Made by a program: the position numbers and the translations under genes. Under the pieces are notes generated by a model that saw only the letters and a list, made by a program, of their open reading frames with translations, searched no databases and had not been told where the DNA came from. A DNA stretch of 64,000 nucleotides, from NCBI GenBank assembly GCA_036918135.1, contig JBALDB010000046.1, positions 128,001 through 192,000 on the forward strand, written 5' to 3'. Positions 63,319-64,000 of this stretch are shown here, one piece after another; position 1 is the stretch's first letter, and each line of letters starts with the position of its first letter. Origin of the DNA: Nostoc sp. (GTDB taxonomy: Bacteria > Cyanobacteriota > Cyanobacteriia > Cyanobacteriales > Nostocaceae).

Positions 63319-64000
63319 ATCTGTTGTCTGTGGGAAACTTTTGACCAAATAAGTAATTCGCCTTTTTCACCGCCTGCGGCTAGTAATTCACCTTGGGGAT
63401 GCCAAGCTAAGCTAGAAAAGCCTCCTGAGACACCTGTGATAATTTGGGATACTTGCTGGGCTTCGTTCCACAAACACAACCAGCCATCAGCACCAGCAGA
63501 AGCCAGAAGGAAGCTTTTAGGTGCAAAGGCGATCGCATTAATCACATCAACATGATTAGTTAAAACTTGTGCTTGCCAACCTAAGGTATCATCCTCTAAC
63601 TTTTCCCAGACCACAATACCTTCGACACTAGAGGAGGCTAGTATTGGCGCACCCACTTTTGTAGTAGCTTCTGACCATGCCAATTGGCGAATTTTACCAG
63701 GGAAACCCTGCATTACCCAAGGATCGGGATTGTTCCATTCCAAAACGGTGACGCTACGATCCATGTTCCCAGAAGCGAGGAATTTACCATTGGGTGACCA
63801 AGCCATAGCTAGGCTGACAGTGGTCATATCTAAAATGTATGGTTCCCGATCCCAGTTTTGAGTCTGCCAAATCTTGACTCCTTTATAACCACTAATGGCT
63901 AGATACTGACTATCAATGCGCCAATCTATCCCTAAAACAGATGAGTTGTCGAAATTCAATGTGACGACAATTTCACGAGTATCTGCGTCCCACACTTGCA
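63315..64000 (-). CDS. WD40 repeat protein (5' end outside the window)
   Basis: AWSPNGKFLASG, HVDVINAIAFAP..LASAGADG, AWHPQG repeats. Confidence 0.9.
   Translation of the reverse strand, partial: QVWDADTREIVVTLNFDNSSVLGIDWRIDSQYLAISGYKGVKIWQTQNWDREPYILDMTTVSLAMAWSPNGKFLASGNMDRSVTVLEWNNPDPWVMQGFPGKIRQLAWSEATTKVGAPILASSSVEGIVVWEKLEDDTLGWQAQVLTNHVDVINAIAFAPKSFLLASAGADGWLCLWNEAQQVSQIITGVSGGFSSLAWHPQGELLAAGGEKGELLIWSKVSHRQQI

Overview
This window comes from a heterocystous (Nostoc-like) cyanobacterium, judged from dense HIP1 (GCGATCGC) sites, STRR heptamer repeats and phycoerythrin genes. Core genes are alr, recQ, aas, pdhC, rtcB, dnaK, a hik34-like kinase, murE, rluD, tRNA-Leu(TAG) and tRNA-Ala(CGC). 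It also carries a PatA-CheY-CheW-MCP-CheA taxis operon and a phycoerythrin cluster (cpcG, S/U-type lyase, nblA, cpeBA, cpeZ, cpeF-like). Accessory content includes STAND NTPases (one NACHT-HEAT, two AAA_35), two Uma2 nucleases, a kinase plus Thg1-like pair, several pseudogenes and many small dispersed repeats. The strongest signal is at 12742-15984. A small helical protein ending in an N/Q/G-rich amyloid-like tail lies exactly in frame with a NACHT-HEAT NLR. Only one TGA separates them; it sits in a TGA-CTA context and is followed by a potential hairpin/pseudoknot. This suggests one gene yielding both a free effector and an effector-NLR fusion by stop-codon readthrough. Other notable items are a probable Argonaute (PIWI) C-terminal relic beside tRNA-Ala, a cyanobacteriochrome-like GAF lacking both bilin cysteines, two paralogous unannotated small membrane proteins, and nested or HIP1-targeted small repeats. 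All family assignments are by eye; no searches were run.
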